Numbered from the stretch's first letter, positions 1 through 16,400 are shown. The stretch: 64,000 nucleotides of DNA from the human T2T-CHM13v2.0 reference genome, Homo sapiens (GCF_009914755.1 NC_060939.1); one strand, 5' to 3'. Program-made: numbers and translations. Notes: generated by a model from the letters alone, not told the origin.

Positions 1-178
1 TCCCAACTAGCTGGGATTAGAGGCATGTGCCACCATGCCCAGCTAATTTTTGTATTTTTAGTAGAGACAGGGTTTCAGCATGCTGGCCAGGCTGGTCTTG
101 AACTCCTGACCTCAGGTGATGCCCCCACCTCGGCCTCCCAAAGTGCTGGGATTAGAGGTGTGAGCCACTGCGCCTGGC
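1..178 (-). mobile_element. Alu (AluS-like, cut by window edge)
   Basis: Antisense Alu consensus ctcctgacctcaggtgat...ctcccaaagtgctgggatta. Confidence 0.93.
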
Positions 179-2042
179 TGGCAGTACTAGTTTTGATGGC
201 TTAAGCAGAGTTTTCGAGTGTTGACATTATTTGGAATCTTTCCTTGCCAAATATGTAGGAGTAATTTGAATAGGAAAGCCAAACAGTTGAAAAGGCATGT
301 TGAGGAATTTCATCACACTATTAGCTGAGCTTGTCAGGTGCCAGACTGAGATAATATGTGATATTCTGTAATATATGGGGAAGCCCAGATATGACTGCAG
401 AGACAGCCAGGTAGAGACCTGGGTTTGAATCTAGCTCTGCCTCTCTCCAGGGGTATGACGTTGGGCAAATCTCTTGGCCTTTCTCAGCTCCTGTTACCTA
501 AACCCAAATTCTCAGGTCTTTGAAAGAATTAAATGAGATCGTGAGTGAGAAGCTCCTGACATAAACTACAAGTTCATTAAAGGTTTTCTTCCTTTCCCCT
601 TATCTTTCTTCGTTACTCCAGGATTTGGAGCAGAGCCCAGAACTGCACAAAACACTAGGCTTTAGCACTAAATATGTTTGCATTCCTGGCAACACATTAC
701 CCTTTTCTAATTACAAAGTTTATAATTTGCCTAAGCTGAATTGGGGAAGAGAATGGGGAGATGGAGGGGGACTAATTATAGAGCAGGGATCTGTTGGAGT
801 GGGGCTTGTGAGTGTCCAGGCAGGAGAGAACCACAGGGCCAATGACACCCGGGGGCTGAGTCTATGGCAGGATAATTAGGAGATGGAGATAGGAATTGGA
901 ACACAGTGAGGTGAATTTAAACAAAAATTATTATTTCGGGTAACTAGATGGGACTGCAAGATAATCTGTGAGGCCACTACTGATAATTTCCCCAGTGAGA
1001 AATGATGGGGAGGTTTCCAGAGGCTGGGAGAGTTGTAGACTGACAGTCTATGAGGTGGAGCCGTAACTGGGCAGCAGGGACCGGGGTCCCGAACCAAGCA
1101 GGAGGTGGTAAGTAGTTCGGTCTAAGCTGCGGAGAGTACAGATGGCAGGCAATCCTAGAGGACAGGGAATTTCCACGGCTGGGTTATTGCAAGGCTAGAC
1201 TGCAGCAAAGGGCAGGGTAGTTTCAAGAAAGGCTAAAGTCAGAGCAGAGGCAAATTGAGACATAAAGAGGTGGTTTTTCTAGCCTGCCAGCTGCTCTCAG
1301 ACTTGCATCTGGGGTGTGTTGGGGAATGATCCTGGATCCTCCTTGATATCATCCCTTCTAGCCTGCCCATCTCCCAGCCTCCCTTAACCTCGGTAACTCC
1401 TACATCTGTATCCACAAAGTTTCTTGAGTCTTTTAGGAAGAGATCAAATTTCCAGCCAGTGTCCCCTATTGGAGCAATGCATCTCCTCAGTTTCATGCCA
1501 GCTTTGAGTTTTTACTGGTTTTGATATGCCTCCAAAGGTTCAAACGAACCAGAAGCTAGAGAATATCTTATGTGTGAAGAGAGAGCCCTTTCTTTATAGA
1601 AAGTCTACTGTTCTTAGGCTTATTAAAATATCTGTTCACTGGACTGTACGGGACATGAGGGCAGGAGCTTGTTTTATTCTCCTGGGTGCTCCCAGCGCCT
1701 GGCATAGGCCCTCCAGGCAGTAGGTGCCCCTGAAGTGTTGGAGGAATCAATGCCTGCCATTGACGAAGACAGTGAAGTAAGGCCACACCCCTAGGGAGGG
1801 ACGACCAGAAAAGGAGAAAATGAAGTTGGAGAGGTGGGCAGGGTGTCATTCAGCAAGGGTCCTGTATGGCCAAATCAACGGCAGTAGTTTCGAAGCCGCT
1901 AAGAGAGTTTAGGCCATGAGGCGGGGGCTGATGGTGTCAGGGAACTGAGGTGAGAGCTGTGCTAAGGCAGTGCCAGTGGAATGGAGTGAAGGGCTCATTC
2001 CCAGAACTTCCTTCCTTGCTAGTCTCAGAATTTAAAAGCTAG

Positions 2043-2993
<951 letters not shown>

Positions 2994-3430
2994 TGAAAAC
3001 TCTCCAGAAAACTTGCTCTCTTTCTTCCTTGGGCTTACCCCAAATCTATCTCTGTGGGCTTCACTTTTCAAGTTTTAGGTGTCAATTAGCCGGCCCTCTG
3101 TTGTTACTGAAGCTCCTTTCCAACCTGGCCCTACCTTCCTTCCTACCTATGTCTGCTGCCTTCCCACTAAAGTCCCTGTGTGCTCCTGCTAGAGTCACTG
3201 GCCCCCATGTGAGTCCCATCATTAGGTAACTTGACAGGACTCAAGTTTGCTAAGATTCACTGTTTAATTCTGTCAGTCTTAGCATTTACTTAGGGCACAC
3301 GTGTTCCTGCGTCATCATACAGGGATATGTTCAGTTGTTGCTTACAGTAAGTGCTCTTTGTTGGGTGTATTTAATGGCAAGGTAAAGTGGAATTGTAGAG
3401 GGATGTTCTGGTAGAGAATAAAGGAAGCTG

Positions 3431-3964
<534 letters not shown>

Positions 3965-4094
3965 TCAGGATGCCAAGGCTGGGCTCTAAGTTGGCTTCCC
4001 AATAGGACCAATAGACTCATGGGCACATTTAACTTTTCCTCAAGCTGGTGTTACTTTCCAGTGAGATACCTATCTGGCAGTGGGAGATGCAGTT

Positions 4095-4290
4095 AGGGTG
4101 TAGCAGAGGCAGTTTGGTATAGCAGGTGAGTTTGAATCCTGACTCTTGAACTTACTAGCTGTGTGACCTTGGCAAGTGACTTAACCTCTCTGAGCCTTAG
4201 TTATCTATGGAATACAAAGGTAAAGGTATGTATCTCCTTGTGTTGTAAAGTTGAAATGAGATGATAAATTTAAAGTGCTCAACTCAGAAC
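4095..4290 (+). mobile_element. MIR
   Basis: MIR core ttactagctgtgtgaccttggcaagtgacttaacctctctgagcct. Confidence 0.8.
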
Positions 4291-7202
4291 GTGCTACTTT
4301 CTCTCCACCTCGAAGGCAGCACTTCCTGTCTGGGTGGTCTTTGCCAAATGTCCATAATTCATCTGTAAAAATTTTTACCATGTCCCTGGCAAAGATCATA
4401 TACCACCTCCTGTACTCCTCTTACTTAATTTTAAAAATTCAGGTCATTTTTACTAACTGACTGCATTCATTTAGTAAAGATACTATACCACTCCTATAAA
4501 TATAGGGTTACTATAAAAAAAGACAGTAAAAATAATACAGTGTTATGTTATTGATGGTAGCCAGATACTATTCCCTTTAAAGGCTCTGAACCTGAGTCTT
4601 GTTTTCATTTCATTCAAAAGGATAATTAACAAGTTAGCAAGGAAGTGGTAGAGCTGTGCTGGCCCCCAAAAGGAGGCTTTTTCCTTGACAATCAAAAGGG
4701 ATTGAAAGAACCCTGAAAATGGAATCACCATTTCTCTATGTGATTCAGTGTTATTGAATGGTATGTTCAAACACCTTTTGAAGTCATGTCAGATACCATC
4801 AAAGGTAGCATCTTCCACTTTGGGAAACACTTAACTTGGAAATCAGTCATATGGGAACAAAATATCAGCTCATGACTACTGGGAAGTGGACCGGTTCCGG
4901 ATCTCTAGAGGAGGGAGCTGGCATGGACTGGTGGAGTGGGGTAGTGGTGACCCCAACCTGGGGATGAGGATTCAGGGCAGGGTTCCAGCAGAGTGGAAGT
5001 GCTAAAAAACCAGAGGGTCTCACCCAAGAAGGCCTCAGATTTGCTGCTTGTGGAGTGAGGTTAAGGGTCTCGTTGTCCTTTAGAGTGTGGTATGCATCTC
5101 TGCAGGAATTAGGGAATACCTAGGAAGGCATATCTGTGTGTGTGTTTATATAACAATAGCTATTTTTATTGAGCTCTTTCTTGGTGATGGACACTGTGCC
5201 AAACATTTTGAAAATGTTAACTCATTTAATTCTCATAACAATGCAATGAATAGGAATCCTTATTATCCTCATTTCACACATGAAGAAACTGAAGCTTAAG
5301 GTTCAGAAACCTGCTCTGATTCACAGAACTTGCGAATGGCAGAGCTGGTATCTGTAAAGAAATGCAGTGGGCAAGAATTCGCTTTACAACAGCCACTGTA
5401 TGGCAAGAAATATCATTAACAATTGTTTTCCCGATGAAATCAAAACGAAGTAGGATTGGCAAGCTGCCCATAATTGGTCTTTGTTAGGGCTTCCTTCCCC
5501 ATTCCACTGGCTCACTTATTTAAGTGTTCCCCAAACAGTTGTGGGGGGTGTGCTTGACTCCTTAGTCCATGGCTATAGCCACAGTGGTTCTCCTCGTTCT
5601 TTCTGCTCCTCAATGCTGCCTTCAGGAGCAAGCCTTCTGCCATCTGCCAGGCAGTTCTGTTTTGGATAAACTACAAGAGACGCTGCTCAGTGATTCTTGA
5701 TTCTGTTTACCAGTCGTACTGCAGGCTGGGACCATTGTTGCTGACCCCAGGGCTGCAGGGTAAACGGCCTTCGCAGGCATCCCATAGCTATCCCACATCC
5801 GGAGCGCTGCCTGCAGGAGGGACAGGTTCTGTCTCCTCTTGGAGAGCTCACATTCCTTCGTCCAGGAGTCTTTGTCCTTGTGGTTGGGCATCTCCACAAG
5901 TCCAAGCACCAGCCCCTCATCCCCTTCCCTACCAGCTTAGCTCCTGCAAAGAGCTAATTAACTCTCTGAAGGCTTGGGTGAGGTCTTCTTTGGCCTTGCA
6001 CTTGAATCACAATGAAACTGTTTCCTGGGGTAAGAACTTAGGCCAGAGGTTCTTGACTTTGAGTGAGCACAAAAATTACCCTGGGAGCTTGGAGATAAAG
6101 TGGATTTCCCTCCTCCTTCTGTTTTAGCAGTTTTGGAATGGGAGCCAGGCGTCTGCATTTAGCTAACACCAGGTGATTCTCTCCTGCAGGTGGTTTAAGG
6201 ATCACACTAGAAAACAAATACGGGCTAGGTTTTGGAACACAGAGGAACAGAGAGAGAGAGAAAATACACTTTTCAGGGGGGAATTGGCAAACATTAACAT
6301 CTTAACTGATCATCCTGCCAGAAATATTTGCATAGTATAAATACATATTCATATAATATTATGGATACTATTAGTATAACCATAAATACATGATCTACCT
6401 AGCATTTTTACCTGGTATTATAGTGTCATCATTTTCTCTTTTTTTCTTAAAAAGTCATTCAAAAACATGTTTCTTATATTCCCATAAGATTTAGCTGTAT
6501 AAATATCTTAATATTTATTTACCTAACCCTTGTTATGTGACGTATGGCTTGTTTTCAAGGGTTGATGTAATAAATAATGTTTTGATAAACATACTTCTCC
6601 ATAAATTATTGTTCTGCATTTGTATTTAAAACTAAAAACCATTATGAAAATTCAGACTAAGTCTGATGTTACTTTGAAGTATTTGGTATTACTTTAAAGT
6701 ATTTGTTTTTTTCTCCAGCAAAAAAATTCGCAGGGTTTGGTTCTTATTTCATAACCAATTGTTTCTCCCACCTTGAAAACTAGCTTTCTGTTTTAACAAA
6801 ATAGAAAATAGATGGATGATTCAGCTTAGAAGAAAGAAGTATTTTTAATATAATACTCATGAACCAACACTGTTGTAAGTGGGGCGAGTGCAGCAATTGT
6901 TGGAAGCCTCAAAGAACACTGTCTCCCATGCCAGCCAAATAAGCCCTGGTATTTTCAGCCCACGGGTTGATGTAATCTACCCCAGAAACATCAAGCAGGG
7001 TATTTCAGGAAGCATCACAGGTGGTTAAAACATATTTTATGGTCAGAAAGTTGATAACAAGTAACTCAAGCAGTCAGTCGGTAGAACCACTGCACCCCCA
7101 GCAATCTTAGCTGGGAACTTGTGGATGTAAATAGAAGGACTACAGGCAAGTGAGAAAGTAAATGGCTCTGTGTGTGTCCAAAGAACTGAACTTTTAATTT
7201 AA

Positions 7203-7513
<311 letters not shown>

Positions 7514-7564
7514 AATTTAACTTGTATTTTTTTTTTTTTTAACAAAAGTAAAGCATAGCATTAA

Positions 7565-7935
<371 letters not shown>

Positions 7936-8177
7936 CCTGAATAACTATTAACTGTGTTCATTAAGCAAACATTTTTTGAGAATCTTCTATGTTCAAGACT
8001 GTTTGGTTTTGGTGATTCAAAGATAAGTAAAATTCAGTGCTTTATCTATCTTGGACCTGCCCACAATCTCCTGGCAGAGAGAAACACATAAACAAAGAGA
8101 CACCAATAATTCCAGTATAATATGATAATAGAAATATGTGTGCAATGCTATGGGACCTCTTGGAGTAATTCTGAACG

Positions 8178-8343
8178 TTTGGGGGGAGGGGGAAGGGATA
8201 GCATTAGGAGATATACCTAATGTAAGTGACGAGTTAATGGGTGCAGCACACCAACATGGCACATGTATACATATGTAACAAACCTGCATGTTGTGCACAT
8301 GTACCCTAGAACTTAAAGTATAATAATAATAAAAAAGAATAAA
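8178..8343 (+). mobile_element. L1PA 3' end, heavily 5'-truncated
   Basis: gggatagcattaggagatatacctaatgt...gtaccctagaacttaaagtataataataataaaaaag. Confidence 0.93.
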
Positions 8344-8769
8344 CAGCCACCAAATTGCCAAAACAAATGGCTAATCAGCTTGTAAATGTTGCTCTTAACT
8401 TGAAAGAGACATTATCCTGTCATATTCTAATGTAATAATAATTCTGTTATTATATATTACTTAGATGCTTCAAAGCATTTTCACAGATACATGAGAAAAT
8501 ATTGAGTCAGATGGCTAGACACGGTCTTAGAAATCGTCCAGAACAATCCCTCGCTTGAGAGGCGAGGAGCTGAGAACCCCAGAAGGTGAGTGACTTCATT
8601 CATGCTCCCTCAATGCCTTTATGGCAGGGATGGGACTATGATTCAGGTCCTGTCTCCAGTAGTCCAGTGGACTTTCTCTAACACAAAAGACTATTTTGTA
8701 CGGAGTCCCATGCCCTCACTCAGTACTCACTATTGCTATGACCATCTCAATTAGGATGGGAACTAAAGT

Positions 8770-9265
8770 AAAAGGTATTCTTTCTTATCGTTGCTAGGAT
8801 AGTGGCTGAGACCCCTATAATGAAAGACAGATTAACAAGAGAAAAGCACACAAATTTATTTAATATAAGTTTTATGTGACATGGGAGCCTTCAGAAATGA
8901 AGACTCTCCAAAAAAACAGGAGAACTGTTTATTGTTCTGGACAGTTGTGCAGCAATATGATTGGAGGACAAAAGGGCATGGTCTCATGAGAATGAGCTGG
9001 GGGAATTTACCAAGGCCTGTCTGCTCAGTTTCATCTCTGTGTCCCTGTGTCTTCAGAGATAAGGATATTCTTTTCCTGTGGGTGTAGGGTGGGCACTCCT
9101 GGAATGAAGATTTTATGACCTACTTTAGAGGAAAGTCAGAACACATTTTTACAATCTGCTTCAGGGGAGAAGGGGAAGGGGAAGGACAGAAAGCCCCTCC
9201 TGCTTCTGCTGTTTTCTCAAATGCCAAGGTGCCAAATTTTGGGGGAGTGTGTCTGGAACCTCACC
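8770..9265 (-). mobile_element. ERV1-class solo LTR (MER34/MER39-related, subfamily uncertain)
   Basis: Reverse complement begins like ccccaaaatttggcaccttggcatttgagaaaacagcagaagc, recalled from this LTR group. Confidence 0.55.
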
Positions 9266-9699
9266 CCTTTCCACAAAGCTGACACATATGAATATCTCAT
9301 TAGTACCCGTCTGAGTGTGTTGACTCTTCTCTTTCTTTATATAAAATAGAATTACAATAAGGTTCTCAAATAACATTTTCTCGGGCTTTGTCCCTATAAT
9401 GCCTCAGTGTCCACCAAATTCCTGCCAAATAGTTCCAGGAGTACCCAAGGGTATCCAGTCCTTCTAAGCATGGGATGTCTGCCATTTTCTTCTTCTGCCC
9501 TGACTCACTGGGGTGAATCTCTTGCCAAAGCTGACTGCAAGTGAAGTCACAGATGCTACCGACTCCTGCTAAAGGGACCACCAGATGTGCTCAGCTCTCT
9601 ATGGGTGGGCCCTGAGGATACTGGTATCTGGTATCTTGGCTAAGGGGACCATCTTTTGTTATTGTTCACAGCAGAGTTGCTATATTTTGGGCTTGCTTT

Positions 9700-10008
9700 C
9701 TTTCTTCTTTTTTTTTAATACATGGTCTTTCTCTGTCACCCAGGCTGGAGTGCAGTGGCATGCTCACAGCTCACTGCAACCTCCGCCTCCCGGGTTCAAG
9801 CCACTCAAGCCATCCTTCCTGCCTCAGCCTCCCTAGTAGCTGGCACTACAGGTGTGCACCATCACACCCAGCTAATTTTTGTACGATTTTCAGAGATGGG
9901 CTTTCTCCATGTTGCCCAGGCTTGTCTCAAACTCCTGGTCTCAGGTGATCCACCCAACTTGGCCTCCCAAAGTGCTGAGAGTACAGACATGAGCCACTGC
10001 ACCTGGGC
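9700..10008 (-). mobile_element. AluJ-like
   Basis: Diverged antisense Alu consensus. Confidence 0.9.
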
Positions 10009-10371
10009 ACATTCTGGGCTCTTGATACACCATCAAGATTGGACAGAGCCTGGTGAAGAGGTTCAGAATTATCCTTCCTTTCAGCAGTAATCCACCGGGC
10101 TTATGACCAAGATGTGCTCTGCAATTCTCTCTTCCAATAGGAAGCTCTTGGTCCCTCATGCAAATAGACTCCAGGATGCTTGCCAAATGGGTTTTTAAGA
10201 CATGACAAAATCCTGGGATGAATGGAGCTTAGATTCTAGTGAAAAAAAATCTTTATTTAGAGCAGCCTATATTCCATGGATGTTAATGAGGATTCCAAGG
10301 AAAAAGAAGCCCATGATAGTGGGAAACACTGATTTTAATAGGTTAAATATTTTTTTGGGGGTGAGGCAGCA

Positions 10372-11085
10372 GCTTTATTGAGGTATATTTTATATACCAT
10401 AAAATCCACTCATTGTAAGTGTTCAATTTGATGATTTTTAGTAAATTCATAGAATTGTACAATCATCACTATAATCCAGTTTTAGGACATTCCCATCAAC
10501 ACCCTCCCCACACCCCTGAATTTCCTCAAGTTTACTTACAATCATTCCCCACTGTCACCCACAGCTCTGGGCAACCACTAATCTACTTTCTTTCTATGGA
10601 TTTGCATATTCTGGATATTTCATCTAAATGGAATCATACAACACGTGGTCTTTTGTGTTTAGCTTCTTTCATTTGACATAATGTTCACCCAGGTTATAGT
10701 TTGTATCAGTAATTTGTTTCTTTTTTATTGCTAATCAGTGTTTCATTGCACTGCACTTGGTTTATCCATTCATCAGCTGGTGGACATTTGTACTGTTCCC
10801 AGTTTGGGGCAATTATAATGTTGCTATTAACATTTGTGTCCAAGTCTTTGTGTGGGCATATATTTTTATTTATCTTGGGTAGATTCTCAGAATGGAACTG
10901 CTGGGTTATTTGGTAAGTGTATGTTTGACATTTTAAGAAACTGACGAACTAGCTTCCAAAGGCTATTTTACATGCCCACTGTCAGTTTCTGAGGGTTCCA
11001 GTTCATCACATTCTAGCCAACACTTGCTATTGTCTGTCTGTTGATTAGAGCTATTCTAATGGATGTGTAGTGATATCTTACTGTG
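10372..11085 (-). mobile_element. Old L1 (L1MB/L1ME-type) 3' end
   Basis: ctttattgaggtata...ggcaaccactaatctactttc...ttaagaaactgacgaact...ccaacacttgctattgtc. Confidence 0.85.
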
Positions 11086-11614
11086 GGGTCAAGCAGGTTT
11101 TTGTTCAGGTCTTCTCATAGCCTTTAATATAGCAATGTGCATTGTGCATTTCTGAAAGAGAATAGTGAATAGAAGATGCAGTGTTTCCCAAACTTACTTG
11201 CTCTTGGAATTCTATTTTTCACTGAAAGGAGAATATTAAAAGCCTAATGCTCTACAGAACAGATTTTGGGAAGCATTACATCATTTGATTGTAATATTTT
11301 TAACTTTGTTTTCTGTGATATTTAGTAATAAGCAAGAGTTTGCTGCACAATGATTTTGAGTCATATAGCATAGATGCGGAGGCTAATAGAATGTAAAAGT
11401 TAAAGGAGGATGCTTAAGAGGTTAGCAGCATGGGAGGTAGTTGTTTTTAGGAGTAACTCAATATTTGTTTGTTTTTCTCTGTATGTGGTTTCCTAGCCCA
11501 GCCCTGATGGGCCCCAAATCTCATGGGGCATGAGGCTAGGCTCAAGCTTAGAACTTGGCTACATTTTAATTGTCAATACTTAGATAATAATCATAATTTT
11601 TATTTTTCATGTTT

Positions 11615-11922
11615 ATTATTTTATTTTATTTTATTTTTTTGAGACAGGGGTCTCTCTTTCACCCAGGCTGGAGGGCAGTGACATGATCTTGGCTCACTGC
11701 AACCTCCGCCTCCTGGGATCAAGTGATCTTCCTTCCTCTGCCTCCTGAGGAGCTGGGATTACAGGTGTGTGCAACCATGCCTGGCTGACTTTTTGTATTT
11801 TTTTGTAGAGACAGGATTTCACCATGTTGCTCAGGCTGGTCTCAAACTCCTGGAATCAAGCAATCCTCCCACCTCAGCCTCCTAAAATACTGGGATTACA
11901 GGTGTGAGCCCTCATGCCCAGA
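11615..11922 (-). mobile_element. AluJ
   Basis: (ATTTT)n tail then antisense Alu with caagcaatcctcccacctcagcc. Confidence 0.92.
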
Positions 11923-11949
11923 CAATAATTATGATGACCACAACAATAA

Positions 11950-12165
11950 TAGCTATTAGATCGGATTTAAATTGATCACATCTGTACCAGACACTGTGCT
12001 GAGCACTCTTCATGGATGATCTCAACTGAATTCTCACAATGACCCTACTATAACCATTTTACAGATGAGGAAACTGGGGCACAGAGCAGTTAATAGCTTG
12101 CACGCAGGTAGTAGATGTGGCAGAGTCAGGATTGGAACCTGGACCCTCTAAGACCAGAGTCACTG
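11950..12165 (-). mobile_element. MIR
   Basis: ccattttacagatgaggaaactggggcacagag. Confidence 0.8.
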
Positions 12166-12442
12166 TTGTACATCCCATAATCATACCAAAATGGTGGATC
12201 AGCCTGAAAAAATATTTTTTTTAAATCTTAATTACACAGGAATTATAGGATGCTGGAAAGGTTTCCAGTCCAGAATTTGGCTCCTTAGGGTCATCATTGT
12301 TCTAGTCACTCTCGGCCTTTCCTTCTCACCTGATAGGAAATGCACCACTTGTTCTCCTGTGGGAGTCCCCTTGTGTCTGTCCTTCCAGCCCCATGGCCAC
12401 CACCTTTGTCCAGGCCTCACCTCACCTGTGGACTATTACCAA

Positions 12443-12455
12443 GCATGTGTGCACG

Positions 12456-12494
<39 letters not shown>

Positions 12495-12501
12495 ATACAT
12501 G
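12443..12501. repeat. Alternating purine-pyrimidine tract (CG)5(CA)n
   Basis: 59 bp of uninterrupted RY alternation. Confidence 0.9.
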
Positions 12502-13700
12502 AAAGCTTCTACCTGGTTTCAATGCCGTTAGATTTTTTATTAAAAACCAGGACCACATCCCCACCAGGAGGACCTTTCCAGAGCCCTGCCCTGCTGCACT
12601 GCACTGCTGTGTCCAGTTTAACAACCTTCACTGGCTCTCTTTTCTCAAAGAAAATTTCAAACCCTGAGCAGGGTATTCAGACTTGACTTCTGTTTCCTTC
12701 CGCATCATGTCTCCCATAACCTCCCACTCTTGGATCAACTGCTGTAGGCCACCTGGTCTCTTCATTCTGCCAAGACAAGCAAAGCCATCCTGCCTCCATG
12801 CCTCTGCATAGCCTTGTCCTCCAGCCTGCAGTGCCTTCCTCTCCATTGTTTGTTTCTCTGAGCCCTTTCCTGCCTTTGGACGTCCCCACTACCTCTAGGA
12901 TACTATTTCAGCAGATCCCAGCCCCTAGGATCCCTCCTTCCTTTGGAACCCCTTGGAGAACAAATATTTGTGGCCCTGTGTCGTCTATCTAAGTTCTTCA
13001 GCCTCAGTCTTATTTTCTGTAAAATGGGCGCAATAATAGTCCCACCTCATACGGTCGTTGTGCAGGTTAAAAGATGTAAAGCACATGGTAAACTTAGCAC
13101 AGACGCTGGCACGAAGCCTCAAAGCAAGTATTCAATAAATGAAAGATACTATTATTAATAATCAAGATTGTAATTTTTATTACCACACGATGCTTTGTGT
13201 TGTTTTAATCTAACTCTCTCATTAGGGGTAGATCTTCTGAGAATGGGGATCAAGTCATGTCATAGTCCTGTAATGCCTTCAGCATCAAGATCCCAGGACA
13301 TGTTTGTTGAAGATGGGTGAGCAAACCCTAACCAAAGAGTTGGAAACTCAGTGTCAATGTGAGCTCTGCCAGCGACTCTGCGTGTGACCTTGACTTATCT
13401 TCTTGGCGTCTTAGTTTCTTTCACTCTGTATCATCCCTAACATTCTGTTTGAAGGTGGATTTCAAAGCCAAGCCCTGATATTGATTCTCTGTGTTAATTT
13501 GGGCACATTTTTCAATCTTCTTAGTCCTCAGTTTCTTAATCTGTGTAACGGAGAGAACAATCTTGTTTTACCATTGGCTGTAAGAATAAATGAGGTATTG
13601 CTTATAAAATGCTCACCTTAGTACTCAATTCAGTTGCACTTGTGGTTGTTTTATCATAGCTGTTTGATGTTGTTATTTCATAAACACTAGGCTTGTTGAA

Positions 13701-14076
13701 TGTATTCGTTTCCTGGGCCTGTCATAAAAAATATTTGTTTCATACCTCTGGAGCTTAGATGTTCAGAATCAGGGTGTCAACACAGTTGATTCCTTCTGAG
13801 AGCTGTGAGAGAGAATCTGTTGCAGGTTGGGAAGCCTTAGGCTTGTAGATGGCATTTGTCTTGGGTCTTCACTTTGTCTTCCTTTTGAGCGTGTCTGTCT
13901 CTGTGTCCTTTTGTGAAGACACCAGTCATATTGGATTAGGAGCCATCCGAATGATCTCATCTTAACTTGATTACCTCTGGAAAGACTCTATTTCCAAATA
14001 AGATCACATTTTGAGGTGCCGGCAGTCAGAACTTCAACATACCTTCACGCTATAGGGACACAATTCAGCCAGTACC
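13701..14076 (-). mobile_element. MaLR MLT1-family solo LTR
   Basis: accagtcatattggattagg...atttccaaataagatcacatt...gggacacaattcagcc. Confidence 0.8.
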
Positions 14077-14604
14077 ATTGAAAATGATTAATAGTTGTGT
14101 TTCTTAAATGAAATAGAAATGAACACTCACTGGACAGTGATTCCCCTTTACTCCACTGCACTTGACATTCACAGCAGGTCTTTTAACTGAATCAGGTGAG
14201 TGGAGTTAGTTTTGACGAAGATCCTCTTCTTTCTGCAAAGCAGCTCCCAGAACCTTTGCCCTGGGTGGTGAGTCCCACAAGTGCTTTTGGAATTGCAAGT
14301 CTATCATTTCTGGTTCACGACGTTGTTATAGGGCCCCCAGGATGGAAATAACACACCAGATCTCAGTCAGGTGGCGTTCTTTCCATGTTTTTATAGCGCT
14401 CTGCAAACTCTCCTGCTGTTTACATGTGACTTATATTCCGCCGGTGGTCCCTAAATAGATGTAATAAAAACAGATTTAGAATATTAATCTGACGTGGTTC
14501 AGGCCAACATGGTCTAATAGAAATTTATTTACTGGAGATGGTGAAAAATCGGAAAGAGTAGAGTGCGAATCATTTCTTAGTAAGTATTTCTTGCTGGCTT
14601 CTTT

Positions 14605-14787
14605 GGCACTGTTTCTCAAAGTGCAGTCCTGGATTCCGTGTGTTATTTGTGGAAAATGCAGATTGCAGGGCCCTGCCCTATCCTGCAGATTCAGTGTCTT
14701 TCAGGGAGGGGTCCTGGAATTGGCATTTCTGTTGAGCCGCCCACGTTCTGAGTGGTGCTTCACCCTGTAATGTTTGAGAACCACTGG
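14605..14787. mobile_element. MER5-type hAT DNA transposon remnant
   Basis: gtttctcaaagtg...aaaatgcagatt...tttgagaaccactg. Confidence 0.7.
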
Positions 14788-16278
14788 TTTCCATCCTCTC
14801 AGAAGGAAATGCATTGTATTGTCTGAGTCAGATGGGTTTCAGTGCTGGAGTCTGTCCAGGGCTGAAGACCAGGAGGGCCAGGAAGCAGGTGTGGGGCAGA
14901 GGGCCCAGGGATGGGCTGTGGGCAGAGGGAGGAGTCAAGTAGCCATGGTGAGGACAAATGTATCCAATCCTTTGTGAGGTGACATCTGCTGAGCATGCTG
15001 AAAGGACAGTGGATTTCAGGTGTGACAGGGAGGCCTGTAAAGGTTGATGGGGTCTGTACTGTGGGCAGGTGGTTTGACCTGGGGCGTGAGTCTCTGGTAG
15101 CCTCAATGTGTGAGGTCCGAGCATTATCCCTATCAGAGGGTCCAGCAGCTGGGAGCACTGGGGTGGGGTAGGGGGTGTAGGAGGGGCTGACGCCTAGCCC
15201 TGAGGGGCTACTCAGTGAGGCGGGGCCTCAGAGCCACTTGGAGAGAGCTGTGGGCAAATCTGGATTTCTGAGCTTGAAGCAGCCCTTCTTCATTACGCTC
15301 TGGGAATCTGTATTTTTAAAGCTCCCCAGGTGATTTAATGTGACAGTCCCTCGGGGTAGCATCTGGGAAGTATGAGGACATTGGAACGAGCTGGCTTTGG
15401 GACCAGTGACCTGGTCCTAATGCTGTGACCTTGATCGCGTTACTAACCCACTCGGAGACAGTTTGATTATCTCTCAAATGAAGATACAGATGATTTTTTT
15501 TCTTTCTTTTTTTGCTGTTGTGGGAATTACAGATAAGAGATGTGATACACTCAGCACATGTTCTGGCACACAGTAGGCCACAATAAATGGTGGCCCCAAG
15601 CCTTGTGAAACCTGAGATTCTAGGCACAATGAGAATCCACTGGGCAAAGGAGTCAACAGAGGGACTCTGATTGGAATTGGGATATAGGATGAGATCTTGG
15701 CTCTAGACAACATTGCCTCCTGGTGTCCAGAATTGGAACTAGGGGAAAAAAAAGAAGCAACACTCATGTCAAGGCTTAAATAGTATTTACCCGTGCAGAC
15801 CAGGCACGATTCTAAGTACTTTATGCACAACCTTATGAATTAAGTACTATTGTTATCCCATTTTATACAGGAGAAAATTGAGGCTTGGAAAGATGCGTGT
15901 ATGGTCACATGGACCATTGTGCAGCAGAATTGAATTTCAGACCCAGGTCATCTGGCTGTATCCTCAGCCCCCTGTTCCTGCCTGTTTAAGCCTCATATGA
16001 GGACAGAGTGGCCTTTGAACCACAATGCTGAGTCTCAAAAGTAAGCTGGGATTCAAGAAAAATGTTTCCGGCTATTTTTTTTGGCCATACATTTCTAGAT
16101 GTTAAATCGTACAGCCACTTCACGACAAAGTTAGAAAAGCGGCATTTTCGTAGCAGAAACAGCTATAATAACCTCCACTATTGCCAAAGGCTTGATAAGT
16201 TCTAACAGAAAATCCATAATACAAAATTGTCTTAGAGTATAAATCCCTTGACCACTTTATATTTCATTCTTGCATAAC

Positions 16279-16400
16279 ATTTTTATTTTATTTTATTTTA
16301 TTTTTTTATTATTATACTTTAAGTTCTAGGGTACATGTGCACAACGTGCAGGTTCGTTACATATGTATACATGTGCCATGCTGGTTTGCTGCACCCATTT
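16279..16400 (-). mobile_element. L1PA 3' end, about 120 bp
   Basis: ttattatactttaagttctagggtacatgtgcacaacgtgcagg. Confidence 0.92.
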
